Numbered from the stretch's first letter, positions 31,101 through 38,962 are shown. The stretch: DNA of 64,000 nt from Prochlorococcus sp. AG-355-B18 (GCA_003280965.1 QCDI01000001.1:210391-274390); one strand, 5' to 3'. The notes: generated by a model not told the origin, from the sequence alone. Made by a program: numbers and translations.

Positions 31101-31133
31101 TTATTTTTAGACCAATTTCTTCAAAATTGCAAC

Positions 31134-31184
31134 CCCCTATCTGTAGCGCCACACGATTGACATTTAAACACTACAGGTAGTGTT
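31134..31184. promoter_or_regulatory. Tandem NrdR-box-like operators
   Basis: CCCCTATCTGTAGCGC (31134-31149) and ACACTACAGGTAGTGT (31168-31183, inside a perfect 8-bp inverted repeat). Confidence 0.4.
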
Positions 31185-31350
31185 GTTCTTATATTACCAA
31201 TGATATTAGAACAATTCAGTAATTATTTTTTAATTCTATCTTTATAAGTAGATTTCATATTTAAGGTTTTCAATTGTTTATGTAATTAAACTTGTTAAAA
31301 ATATGATGCATTGTATTATTCGTAAGAAGTCCGATGCTCAAAAAGCTTTA

Positions 31351-31578
31351 ATGATTGAATTAACATTACTAACACTTTTAAATTATGTTGGTGATAATTT
31401 CTGTGAATATAGAAATTTAGGTCATGATAATTATAAATCTTTGCTTCTTTCATACAGTGATGCAAGTAATAAATTTGGACCACTTGAAGTTAAAAAGGTT
31501 ATTGAGAATTCAGATAATTTTAAAGTTACAGCTGTTGCTATTGCTGCAATTAAGTGTCCTCAGCATATTTTTAAATAA
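31351..31578 (+). CDS. Hypothetical protein
   Basis: MIELTLLTLLNYVGDNFCEYR...; start uncertain. Confidence 0.65.
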   Translation: MIELTLLTLLNYVGDNFCEYRNLGHDNYKSLLLSYSDASNKFGPLEVKKVIENSDNFKVTAVAIAAIKCPQHIFK

Positions 31579-31844
31579 TGAAGTTTGAATTAAAAACTGA
31601 AAATAATAATAATTCAAAATCATTTTCAAATATTTTTAGGTCTTTTTTTATTCTCGCGCTTATAATCATTCTTTGCGATATTGCACTTAAATTAGGACTA
31701 ATTTCAAGGCATTATCAAATCAACAACAATTGTAGACTGTTATCAGTTGAAAAATCTTCATCTAGTTTTGAGAAATTATCTAGTCTCTCTAAACTGAAAA
31801 GTAAACAAAAAATTTGGGAATTTTGTAAAGAGGTTGTTAAATAA
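31578..31844 (+). CDS. Small membrane protein
   Basis: Start overlaps the previous stop (TAATG); one TM helix. Confidence 0.6.
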   Translation: MKFELKTENNNNSKSFSNIFRSFFILALIIILCDIALKLGLISRHYQINNNCRLLSVEKSSSSFEKLSSLSKLKSKQKIWEFCKEVVK

Positions 31845-31847
31845 TAT

Positions 31848-32642
31848 TTAGCTAGAAGCTGATGAATAGAACTTTAATGCAAAAACCCAGAACTTTCTAG
31901 AAGTAAAAAGAAATACTATAGCAACGAAAAATTCAAGCAATATTTTCCATAATTGAGAGAGACCAAGGAAAACTTCAGAAGGAATTGTAGTTATAAAAGC
32001 AATAGGAATAAAAACACTAAAAAATATTCTTAGAGTAAATGAAAATGAGTTTAGAGGAAATCTTCCAATATAAAGAAAAGATCTTAATACTTCTGTGGCG
32101 TTCCATGTCTTAACAAACCAGATAGTAGTTGTAGAGATAAAAAACCATAAGCTATACAAAATACATATTGAGCAGACTATCGTTATAAGACATAAAGTCA
32201 GAAAACTTAAATTTAAATTTATTTGATTTATTTTGATGCAGTATAACAATAAGCAAAATCCAAGAATTATTTCTAAAAAACCTGATGGAGCTATTTTTTT
32301 TAAAGAGATAAAAAATTGACTATCAATAGGTTTTAAAAGGACGAAATCTAAAGTTCCTTCTCTTACATGTTTAACAATTTCGGTAAGGTTTGGATTGAAC
32401 CATGTATTAGTTATTCCATTCAAAATTGTATATATTCCTTGAATTATTAGTGCCTGTTCAAAGTCCCATCCTCCAATGCTGCCAGCGTTTTGAAAAAATA
32501 TAGATAATAAAAAAATACTCCCTATTAAACTTAATATTGCGGTAATTAAATCAATTAATATATTAGTTTTATACTCTAATTCAGAAGCTAAAGAAGTATG
32601 TAGAAATTTAGTATAAACTTTAAAATATTTTCTTAGAGTCAT
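31848..32642 (-). CDS. ABC-2 type transporter permease
   Basis: VREGTLDFVLLKP; C-terminus YSSASS. Confidence 0.9.
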   Translation of the reverse strand: MTLRKYFKVYTKFLHTSLASELEYKTNILIDLITAILSLIGSIFLLSIFFQNAGSIGGWDFEQALIIQGIYTILNGITNTWFNPNLTEIVKHVREGTLDFVLLKPIDSQFFISLKKIAPSGFLEIILGFCLLLYCIKINQINLNLSFLTLCLITIVCSICILYSLWFFISTTTIWFVKTWNATEVLRSFLYIGRFPLNSFSFTLRIFFSVFIPIAFITTIPSEVFLGLSQLWKILLEFFVAIVFLFTSRKFWVFALKFYSSASS

Positions 32643-33433
32643 GACCCCATAGCGGTATATTTCTTTGTTCCTTCGGACCATATTTTTTTAAATGCTGGGA
32701 AAAGTAAAAGAATCCATAGAATTTGCATACTTAAGCCTCCACTAACATTTATTTCGTTACCTGATAATAAGTTTGCGGGGAAATCAATTAGATATGGAAA
32801 AGGAGTTAAATAAATCCAAGATTTAACATAATCGGGAAATGAAACTACTGGAGCTAAAAGACCTGATAGAAATAATGTTGGGATAAATAATAATCTCTCG
32901 ATTGAGGATGCTTTTTCAGTCCAGAAACATAGACATGCAACTATGGACTGAATTAAGAATTGAATTAAAAATGATAAGAAAGTGGATATTATTGATAAGA
33001 ATAAAACTCCTATATTTGGAACCCATATACTTTCTGGATTAAAAATAAAAAAGAAAAATGCGATTATTAGTGCAAAAGGAAATCTTGTTATTTGTTCAGC
33101 AAGATGTTGTGCAAAATACCTGAAAAATGGATTTAGAGGTTGAATTAGATAAGGAGATACTTTCCCCATAAGAGAATCTTCTTCAAAGCTAAATACAACC
33201 CAAACCACAGAAAACTGTCTTACAAAAAAAGCACATAAAAAATACCTAGATAACATAATATCACTAATGTTTATCGATTCATTAAGGTTATTGTTTGTCC
33301 ATATGTTTAACATAAAAAATGGAATTATCCCTGATATTGCCCACAGTGCAATCTCTACCCTATATTCCAACATGTTTGAGTATTGGACCTTTAGCAATGT
33401 AAATATTTTATGGTTAATCAAATCAGAGATCAT
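32639..33433 (-). CDS. ABC-2 type transporter permease
   Basis: LSGLLAP...TPFPY...YTAMGS. Confidence 0.9.
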   Translation of the reverse strand: MISDLINHKIFTLLKVQYSNMLEYRVEIALWAISGIIPFFMLNIWTNNNLNESINISDIMLSRYFLCAFFVRQFSVVWVVFSFEEDSLMGKVSPYLIQPLNPFFRYFAQHLAEQITRFPFALIIAFFFFIFNPESIWVPNIGVLFLSIISTFLSFLIQFLIQSIVACLCFWTEKASSIERLLFIPTLFLSGLLAPVVSFPDYVKSWIYLTPFPYLIDFPANLLSGNEINVSGGLSMQILWILLLFPAFKKIWSEGTKKYTAMGS

Positions 33434-34418
33434 AATCTTTTTTTATTAATATTTTCCCAATAATTTCATCTATAGGTGGTTCATTGATATAGAGGTCTTC
33501 AATTTCGAAATTATTTAATATAGCTTTCAAGGAAGAAGTAATAGAATTATTTTTAATTTTTATTGTAATTTCATTCTTGTTTTTATTTACAACAGTAAAA
33601 CCAGAATTTTCTAATTTTATTGCATCTTCTTCTGAGCGACAAACTATTAATATTTCCTTGACAGGGGATAGTTTTTTTAATAATTGATCCAGTTCTCCAT
33701 CATATGAGATTGTACCCTTATGAACACATATAACCCTCTTGCATAATGATGTTATGTCTTTCATATAATGACTAGTTAAGCATATCGTTGCATTAGTTTC
33801 CTTATTATAATTTTGAAGAAATTTTCTTAAATTTCTTTGTGCATTAATATCTAAACCAAGAGTAGGCTCATCTAAAAATAGAATATTTGGCTCATGTATC
33901 AAAGCTGCTAGCAATTCTGACTTCATGCGCTGCCCTAGAGATAGTTTTCTAACAGGTATGAATAACTCTTCATCGATTTCAAGCATTTCAGATAATTTTT
34001 TTATCCTTTTTTTTGCTTCAAACTTATCTAAGTCATATATCGATGCATTTAAATAAAATGATTCAATTGGTGGAAGATCCCAAATAAGCTGTTGTTTTTG
34101 ACCCATTATTAAAGTAATGTTCTTTAGGAAATTTTCTTTTCTTCTGAACGGTAAGTAGCCTGAAACTAAAATTGAACCTTCACTTGGATAGATTAAGCCA
34201 CAAAGTATTTTTAGAATTGTTGTTTTTCCTGCTCCATTAGCACCTAGAAAGCCTACAATTTCCCCTTCTTTGATTTCAAAACTTATATTTTTAATAACCT
34301 TCAAACTTTTTGTTTTTCTTCTAAAAAAATGTTTTAGCGTTCCTTTTAACCCTGGATCTTTAGAAGAGATATCAAATGACTTAGATAAGTTTCTTACATC
34401 GATTATATTTTTTACCAT
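33423..34418 (-). CDS. ABC transporter ATP-binding protein
   Basis: GANGAGKTT, LSLGQ, LDEPT. Confidence 0.95.
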   Translation of the reverse strand: MVKNIIDVRNLSKSFDISSKDPGLKGTLKHFFRRKTKSLKVIKNISFEIKEGEIVGFLGANGAGKTTILKILCGLIYPSEGSILVSGYLPFRRKENFLKNITLIMGQKQQLIWDLPPIESFYLNASIYDLDKFEAKKRIKKLSEMLEIDEELFIPVRKLSLGQRMKSELLAALIHEPNILFLDEPTLGLDINAQRNLRKFLQNYNKETNATICLTSHYMKDITSLCKRVICVHKGTISYDGELDQLLKKLSPVKEILIVCRSEEDAIKLENSGFTVVNKNKNEITIKIKNNSITSSLKAILNNFEIEDLYINEPPIDEIIGKILIKKDYDL

Positions 34419-34492
34419 TTAATTTAAAATTTTTTTAGGTTTTTTTAAACAATTTATTAAATAATTTCTATCTTAGAAAAATTTTTAGTGAT

Positions 34493-34882
34493 TTAAAAAA
34501 TATCTTTAAACGAAACAACTAGCCAGAGAAAAAAGTTAATTGGATTAAGTAACTCTCCAACCTTATTTTTATTTTCATAATTTAATCTACCCAAAATATT
34601 ATTTATCAAACTGTTGCTATATTTTGTATCGTTTGTTTTTTTTATTACATTACCATTTTCATCTAGGAGATTAATTTCATCTTCAAAAAACCAATGCTCT
34701 TTCCCATTAGATAATTGCAAAACTACTCCAATACCTTTACCATCAGTTATTCTGAAATCACAAATTTTACCCACTGAAGAAATATTTATAGCATCAATAA
34801 TTTCTTTAGTAAGTCTGTCTTTTGATAATTCTAAATTTACTTGAACCGAATTTCCTATCTTTGCCGTATCTAAAATTGACAT
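34493..34882 (-). CDS. DUF2862/PetP-like protein
   Basis: FRITDGKGIGVV...WFFEDE. Confidence 0.75.
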   Translation of the reverse strand: MSILDTAKIGNSVQVNLELSKDRLTKEIIDAINISSVGKICDFRITDGKGIGVVLQLSNGKEHWFFEDEINLLDENGNVIKKTNDTKYSNSLINNILGRLNYENKNKVGELLNPINFFLWLVVSFKDIF

Positions 34883-34952
34883 TTTTAGGTTATTATAAAT
34901 ATTGAATAGGTAATTATGTGATTAATTAAAGATAACTGATTTATTTTAAGCA

Positions 34953-35099
34953 TTAAGATTTTTTGAATATTGTTTCAAGCATCCTTTTAAGAGAAATTGT
35001 TAATATCCTCAAGAAGACGAAAAACAGTCCTAACCAACCCAGAATAACAGCTATTGATAATAAGCTTGAACCTAGATCACGCTGTAGCAAATTCTGCAT
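34953..35099 (-). CDS. Small membrane protein (48 aa)
   Basis: Hand-translated MQNLLQRDLGSSLLSIAVILGWLGLFFVFLRILTISLKRMLETIFKKS. Confidence 0.5.
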   Translation of the reverse strand: MQNLLQRDLGSSLLSIAVILGWLGLFFVFLRILTISLKRMLETIFKKS

Positions 35100-35425
35100 G
35101 TATTCATAAATTAATGGATGTCACTCTACCTTAAAGAGTTATTGATTCAAACAAGTAAAAGTTCAACATTCTGATATTTTTCCAGTTCCTTGTTATGTGG
35201 CTATTTAATAGTTATGTTTAATAAGCTAATATTTATTTATAACCATAAATAAAAATTTTGGAATTATCTTTGAATTCATATATTGGAATTTTCTTTATAA
35301 TTATTGGTCTAATAGTGAGAGTTGATTTTAAATTTTCTATGCAAAAGGATTTGTAATAAGTTTTTTAATAAATTATATTTCATCATTTCGCTAATATCTT
35401 TGTTAATTCCTGAAAGGAGAATATT

Positions 35426-35450
35426 AAAAAAAAACAGCCTTACGGCTGCT
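35426..35450 (-). terminator. Rho-independent terminator (probably the original tRNA-Met terminator)
   Basis: Minus strand AGCAGCC-GTAA-GGCTG-T9, 6 nt after the displaced tRNA 3' end CCGCCACCA. Confidence 0.8.
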
Positions 35451-35454
35451 TCTA

Positions 35455-35970
35455 AATGGTGGCGGTTCTAATGAACCTGATGGAATCTTACAAACTACAG
35501 GTATAGGTTCAGTAGCTATTGGAACAAATGGTGGAGCTATTACTTTGGACAAGGTTTTAGACCTAAAACAAACTGTAGCTGTAGATAATGCAGACGTAGC
35601 TTCCTGTGCTTTTGTTACTAATACCGCAGTAGAAAATGCTTTATCAAAACTAAAAGATGGTAACTCTGCTTATCACTTATCACCTTATGCAGGTGCAGTT
35701 GGTAGCCAACAGATTGCTAACAGATCATTCATGGTTTCCAATAACGTGCCTTCCAACTTAACTAAGGGTTCTAGTTCTGGTGTTTGTTCAGCAATGATTT
35801 ATGGAAACTTCTCTGACCTATTAGTGGGACTTTTCGGAGAAAGTGAAATACTAGTGGATCCGTACACCCTTTCACAGACAGGTGTTACATCAGTAAGAAT
35901 CATTCAAGCATTAGACGTTAAGGTGCGTCATGCTGAATCATTTGGTGCTATTCAAGACATAACAACATAA
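35455..35970 (+). pseudogene. 5'-truncated HK97-fold major capsid protein
   Basis: Frame open from NGGGSNEPDGIL through IYGNFSDLLVG...EILVDPY...RIIQALDVKVRHAESF; N-terminal part absent; in-frame TAA at 35425. Confidence 0.85.
35457..35465 (-). repeat. att direct repeat (copy of the tRNA-Met 3' end)
   Basis: TGGTGGCGG, identical to 38841-38849. Confidence 0.75.
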
Positions 35971-35976
35971 GTATTA

Positions 35977-36075
35977 GAGGGTAATGGATTTCGGTGTATA
36001 GATTGGGTCGATCCTATACATCTGGAACATAGTTGTTTCTTTACATGGCTGTTGTAGGTCTATTGCCCTCGACCC
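35977..36075 (+). ncRNA. Candidate structured RNA (three-way junction plus pseudoknot)
   Basis: Hand pairing: 35977-35991/36056-36070, 35993-36001/36014-36022, ~36027-36036/36045-36055; loop GGGTC pairs with 3' GACCC. Confidence 0.5.
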
Positions 36076-36087
36076 TATAATTATGTT

Positions 36088-36120
36088 GATTGACAGTCGA
36101 TCTAAAATAAGGGGCAATTA
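36088..36120 (+). repeat. Cassette 5' repeat A, copy 1
   Basis: GATTGACAGTCGATCTAAAATAAGGGGCAATTA. Confidence 0.9.
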
Positions 36121-36135
36121 AATCCTTTCTTTATA

Positions 36136-36429
36136 ATGATTAAAAAAAATCTTATTACTTTTATTAGTTTAATTGTCATGAGTGGATCATTAACTAGTCC
36201 AGCTAAATCTAATTTTAGAAAATCTGGTTTTGGAGAAGGGACAGCAGCTTTCGCTTGTTTTTTACTTTGGGAAGGTTACTCAAAATATGAGGTTGAAAGT
36301 TTAATTTCTAGATTTGCTAGGCGAATTGAAAAAAGTAATTTTTCAGAAGAAGCAATGAATCAAATGGCACTTGGTTATAGAAATCAAATCAAAATTACTA
36401 ATGATTGTGATTTAAGAATGAGGTATTAG
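36136..36429 (+). CDS. Cargo gene 1: secreted hypothetical protein
   Basis: 97 aa; signal-like N-terminus; two Cys. Confidence 0.7.
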   Translation: MIKKNLITFISLIVMSGSLTSPAKSNFRKSGFGEGTAAFACFLLWEGYSKYEVESLISRFARRIEKSNFSEEAMNQMALGYRNQIKITNDCDLRMRY

Positions 36430-36455
36430 CTCAAAGTTTAAACATAAGTTTAGGC

Positions 36456-36484
36456 CTGATGAAACGCCTAGTACTTGCACCGCT
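36456..36484 (+). repeat. Cassette 3' repeat B, copy 1 (mini-ORF MKRLVLAPLY*, 36459-36491)
   Basis: CTGATGAAACGCCTAGTACTTGCACCGCT. Confidence 0.9.
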
Positions 36485-36495
36485 ATATTAAATAC

Positions 36496-36531
36496 GATTG
36501 ACAGTCGTCGATCTACAATAAGGGGCAATTA
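36496..36531 (+). repeat. Cassette 5' repeat A, copy 2
   Basis: GATTGACAGTCGTCGATCTACAATAAGGGGCAATTA (3-nt insertion and 1 substitution versus copy 1). Confidence 0.9.
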
Positions 36532-36541
36532 GTTTCTTTTA

Positions 36542-36919
36542 ATGACACACCAGCAAAAAAGCGTTTATATACTTTTTTTTATAATTTTTTTGATAGTTTT
36601 AATCGGTTATTTATTGCAACCTGAAAGTGAGTATAAGGAGGCGGCTACAGTTGGTTTGATAATAAGTTCTTTTTTTATAATTGGTCTTCTTTCTAGAGGT
36701 GCAAGAGAACAATTAGAAGAAAGAGGTGGAAAATCACGAGCAGATTCTCGAAATGAAAAATTATATGCCAATCCAGATTTAAATACTCGTAAATGGAATA
36801 TTCATCAATCACGTTTAAATAAATTTGGTAGATCACAATATAAAGGAACAATGTTTTATGTTGGCCCAAAAGGTGGGGTTTATTACATTACTTACAGAGG
36901 AACAAAAGTTTATTGCTGA
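36542..36919 (+). CDS. Cargo gene 2: two-TM protein with basic C-terminal GPKGG motif
   Basis: 125 aa; ends YVGPKGGVYYITYRGTKVYC. Confidence 0.75.
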   Translation: MTHQQKSVYILFFIIFLIVLIGYLLQPESEYKEAATVGLIISSFFIIGLLSRGAREQLEERGGKSRADSRNEKLYANPDLNTRKWNIHQSRLNKFGRSQYKGTMFYVGPKGGVYYITYRGTKVYC

Positions 36920-36944
36920 TGAAACGCTTACTACTTGCACCACT
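36916..36944 (+). repeat. Cassette 3' repeat B, copy 2 (mini-ORF MKRLLLAPLRGSL*, 36919-36960)
   Basis: CTGATGAAACGCTTACTACTTGCACCACT; 26/29 identical to copy 1. Confidence 0.9.
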
Positions 36945-37052
36945 TCGTGGGTCCCTTTGACCTATATCTACGTGGGACGTCTGAAAGCTCTGAAATTTTC
37001 TAGCGTCAGCAATATATGAACTTAGACAGCGTTTAAGTCGATTTAGAGTAAA

Positions 37053-37304
37053 TTACTGTGATTTAGCGAGTTCTATGTATTTTTTAAGGTCATAATCGTT
37101 AATCGGAATCCAGTTGTTAGAAGTCAGATTATTTTGAATATGTTTGGCTAAAGTTACACCTTTAATAGCACCCATAAAAAGGTATTTTTGGTCATTTATG
37201 CGTCTTATATAAGGGTCAAGTATTCCTTTATCTCTAAGTTGATAAATACTAGCTCTGGATTTAAAACCTAGACATTTATAAGCCTCAGTAAAAGTACAAA
37301 GCAT
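37053..37304 (-). CDS. HTH DNA-binding protein, probable excisionase/recombination directionality factor
   Basis: TFTEAYKCLGFKSRASIYQLRDKG, AlpA/MerR-like HTH directly downstream of the integrase. Confidence 0.65.
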   Translation of the reverse strand: MLCTFTEAYKCLGFKSRASIYQLRDKGILDPYIRRINDQKYLFMGAIKGVTLAKHIQNNLTSNNWIPINDYDLKKYIELAKSQ

Positions 37305-37333
37305 GGTTATATATTTACTTAACTTTATTTTGA

Positions 37334-38689
37334 CTAATTATTTTCTGGTATGGAAGTTGCAAACATTATCTGCTTTTTCTTTTCTTCACTACTAATCCAA
37401 TATTGATAGTGCTTTTTATGTGTTGCTACATCATGACCCATTGATTGTGCAGCTTCTTCTATAGATATATGAGAACATCTAGGATCAGTAGCTAGTCGTA
37501 TTGCATAAGTATGTCTTAGGTCATAAGGGGTTATTGGTTGTTTATTTGCAGAATTATCAATTAATCCTTTTTTATTAGGAATTGCAGCAAGTAATGGAGG
37601 CATTGCATTTGATAATCTTCTACCAATCCATTCCCCTAAATAATCGTTATTAATACATACCCCAAGATCGTTTAAATCATTGGGTGAAACATCTTTAGTT
37701 TTATCTATAGAACTTTTGATTATCATTGTTGCCTTACTTCTTAGACTTTTTTGCATACGTTCAAAATTCTCTAATAGATTATATTTTTTGATCCAATCAG
37801 GATATAGAGGAAAGGCATAATGTTCATTTTTACTCTTTGTTCTCCATGCACCAGGAATATATATCCACTTGTCAGCATCTTGTATATCTTTAGTTTTTTT
37901 AACTTTGCTTATATGGAATACTTCATGGTTTCTTAGTCCATAACAAAGTTGAATAGCTAAACACCATTTTTCTAACTCGAATTGTTTATCTAATGAATCA
38001 AAATATTTTTCTGCTTCTTCTTTAGTTGGTATTCCTCTGATATTTGCAAATTCTTGGTCGGGTCTATATTTTTTTAGTTTTCTATTTTCTCTATTATGTT
38101 GTTCTCTTAAAAGTAATAAATTTGATTTAGTTATAAAATTAGGTTCATTTCCATTAATAGTTGATAGAGCTAATCTAACTTGCTCAAGAGAATCTAATCT
38201 ATTTTTAAAAGGTCTTGATTCTATAGATTTTTCAAATACCCATTTTTTTATAGAGTTCCAATTTAAAGAAGTATTTGAGTTAATTAGATTATTTAAATCT
38301 GCTTTAGTATTTTTTGCACTAGATCGTTTTTGCGTTTTATCTAAATAATTTACTGTAATTTCTTTTATATCTGACCAAGTATATAAAGGTGTTTCTTTTT
38401 CTATCTCTAAATTTGGATTATCCAGAAATTGAAGTTGATCGAGTATAGGCATATCAATATTCCAATCATTATTCCCAACGTGTTCTATTAGTCTTGCAAC
38501 TGCTAATACCTGATCTATATTTTCATATGCTTTTACTGGCTTTAATGAATATTGTTTATCAGTTTGTTTATCTCTAATACTTAAAAAAGGAGACTTTTTA
38601 TACCTCCGAACCATATATCTAGCTTCAATATCAACTAAAAAATCGATAACATCTTCCCAAGTCCTAGTTTTTCTGCGTGATCTTGTCAT
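37334..38689 (-). CDS. Tyrosine recombinase/phage-type integrase
   Basis: YGLRNHE (R), TKSK (K), YDLRHTYAIR, MGHD, HKKHY (Y); adjacent to a tRNA. Confidence 0.92.
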   Translation of the reverse strand: MTRSRRKTRTWEDVIDFLVDIEARYMVRRYKKSPFLSIRDKQTDKQYSLKPVKAYENIDQVLAVARLIEHVGNNDWNIDMPILDQLQFLDNPNLEIEKETPLYTWSDIKEITVNYLDKTQKRSSAKNTKADLNNLINSNTSLNWNSIKKWVFEKSIESRPFKNRLDSLEQVRLALSTINGNEPNFITKSNLLLLREQHNRENRKLKKYRPDQEFANIRGIPTKEEAEKYFDSLDKQFELEKWCLAIQLCYGLRNHEVFHISKVKKTKDIQDADKWIYIPGAWRTKSKNEHYAFPLYPDWIKKYNLLENFERMQKSLRSKATMIIKSSIDKTKDVSPNDLNDLGVCINNDYLGEWIGRRLSNAMPPLLAAIPNKKGLIDNSANKQPITPYDLRHTYAIRLATDPRCSHISIEEAAQSMGHDVATHKKHYQYWISSEEKKKQIMFATSIPENN

Positions 38690-38695
38690 TAAAAA

Positions 38696-38748
38696 CTCTA
38701 CTTAAAGTCTACTTGTAAAGGTCTAATTGAGTATATTTCAGTCCAATT
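38696..38748. repeat. Putative integrase arm-type binding repeats
   Basis: CTCTACTT (38696), GTCTACTT (38707), GTCTAATT (38721), GTCCAATT (38741). Confidence 0.5.
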
Positions 38749-38810
38749 AAATCATAGACAGACCAGTAAGTAAAGTTATAGCTGATACCTAAAAACCCTG
38801 TATTTCCAAT

Positions 38811-38834
38811 AAAAAAGCCCCCATAAGGAGGCTA
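38811..38834 (-). terminator. Element-borne terminator after tRNA-Met
   Basis: Minus strand GCCTCC-TTAT-GGGGGC-T6. Confidence 0.75.
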
Positions 38835-38840
38835 TATCAT

Positions 38841-38917
<77 letters not shown>

Positions 38918-38962
38918 GCATATATATAGCATACATCTGAAAGGGTAGTTTTTTCTATTTCT

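Noticed and set aside
35545..35970. Intact 141-aa capsid protein starting at TTG 35545
   Set aside because: Capsid-like sequence continues 30 codons upstream without a start; far too short for a full HK97 capsid. A translated interfering fragment is not excluded
35977..36075. Retron msr-msd or intrinsic terminator
   Set aside because: No reverse transcriptase in the window; no U-tract after the helix
36090..36519. Canonical sigma70 -35/-10 promoters in repeat A
   Set aside because: TTGACA is only 7 and 10 nt from the TA(A/C)AAT hexamers, not ~17; only the -10 is plausible
36430..36540. Classical integron attC site
   Set aside because: No RYYYAAC...GTTRRRY pair or long imperfect palindrome; the integrase looks like a tRNA-targeting phage type
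36456..36944. Hammerhead ribozymes suggested by CTGATGA in repeat B
   Set aside because: No stem II followed by a separate GAAA and no flanking stems; better explained as TGA/ATG overlap
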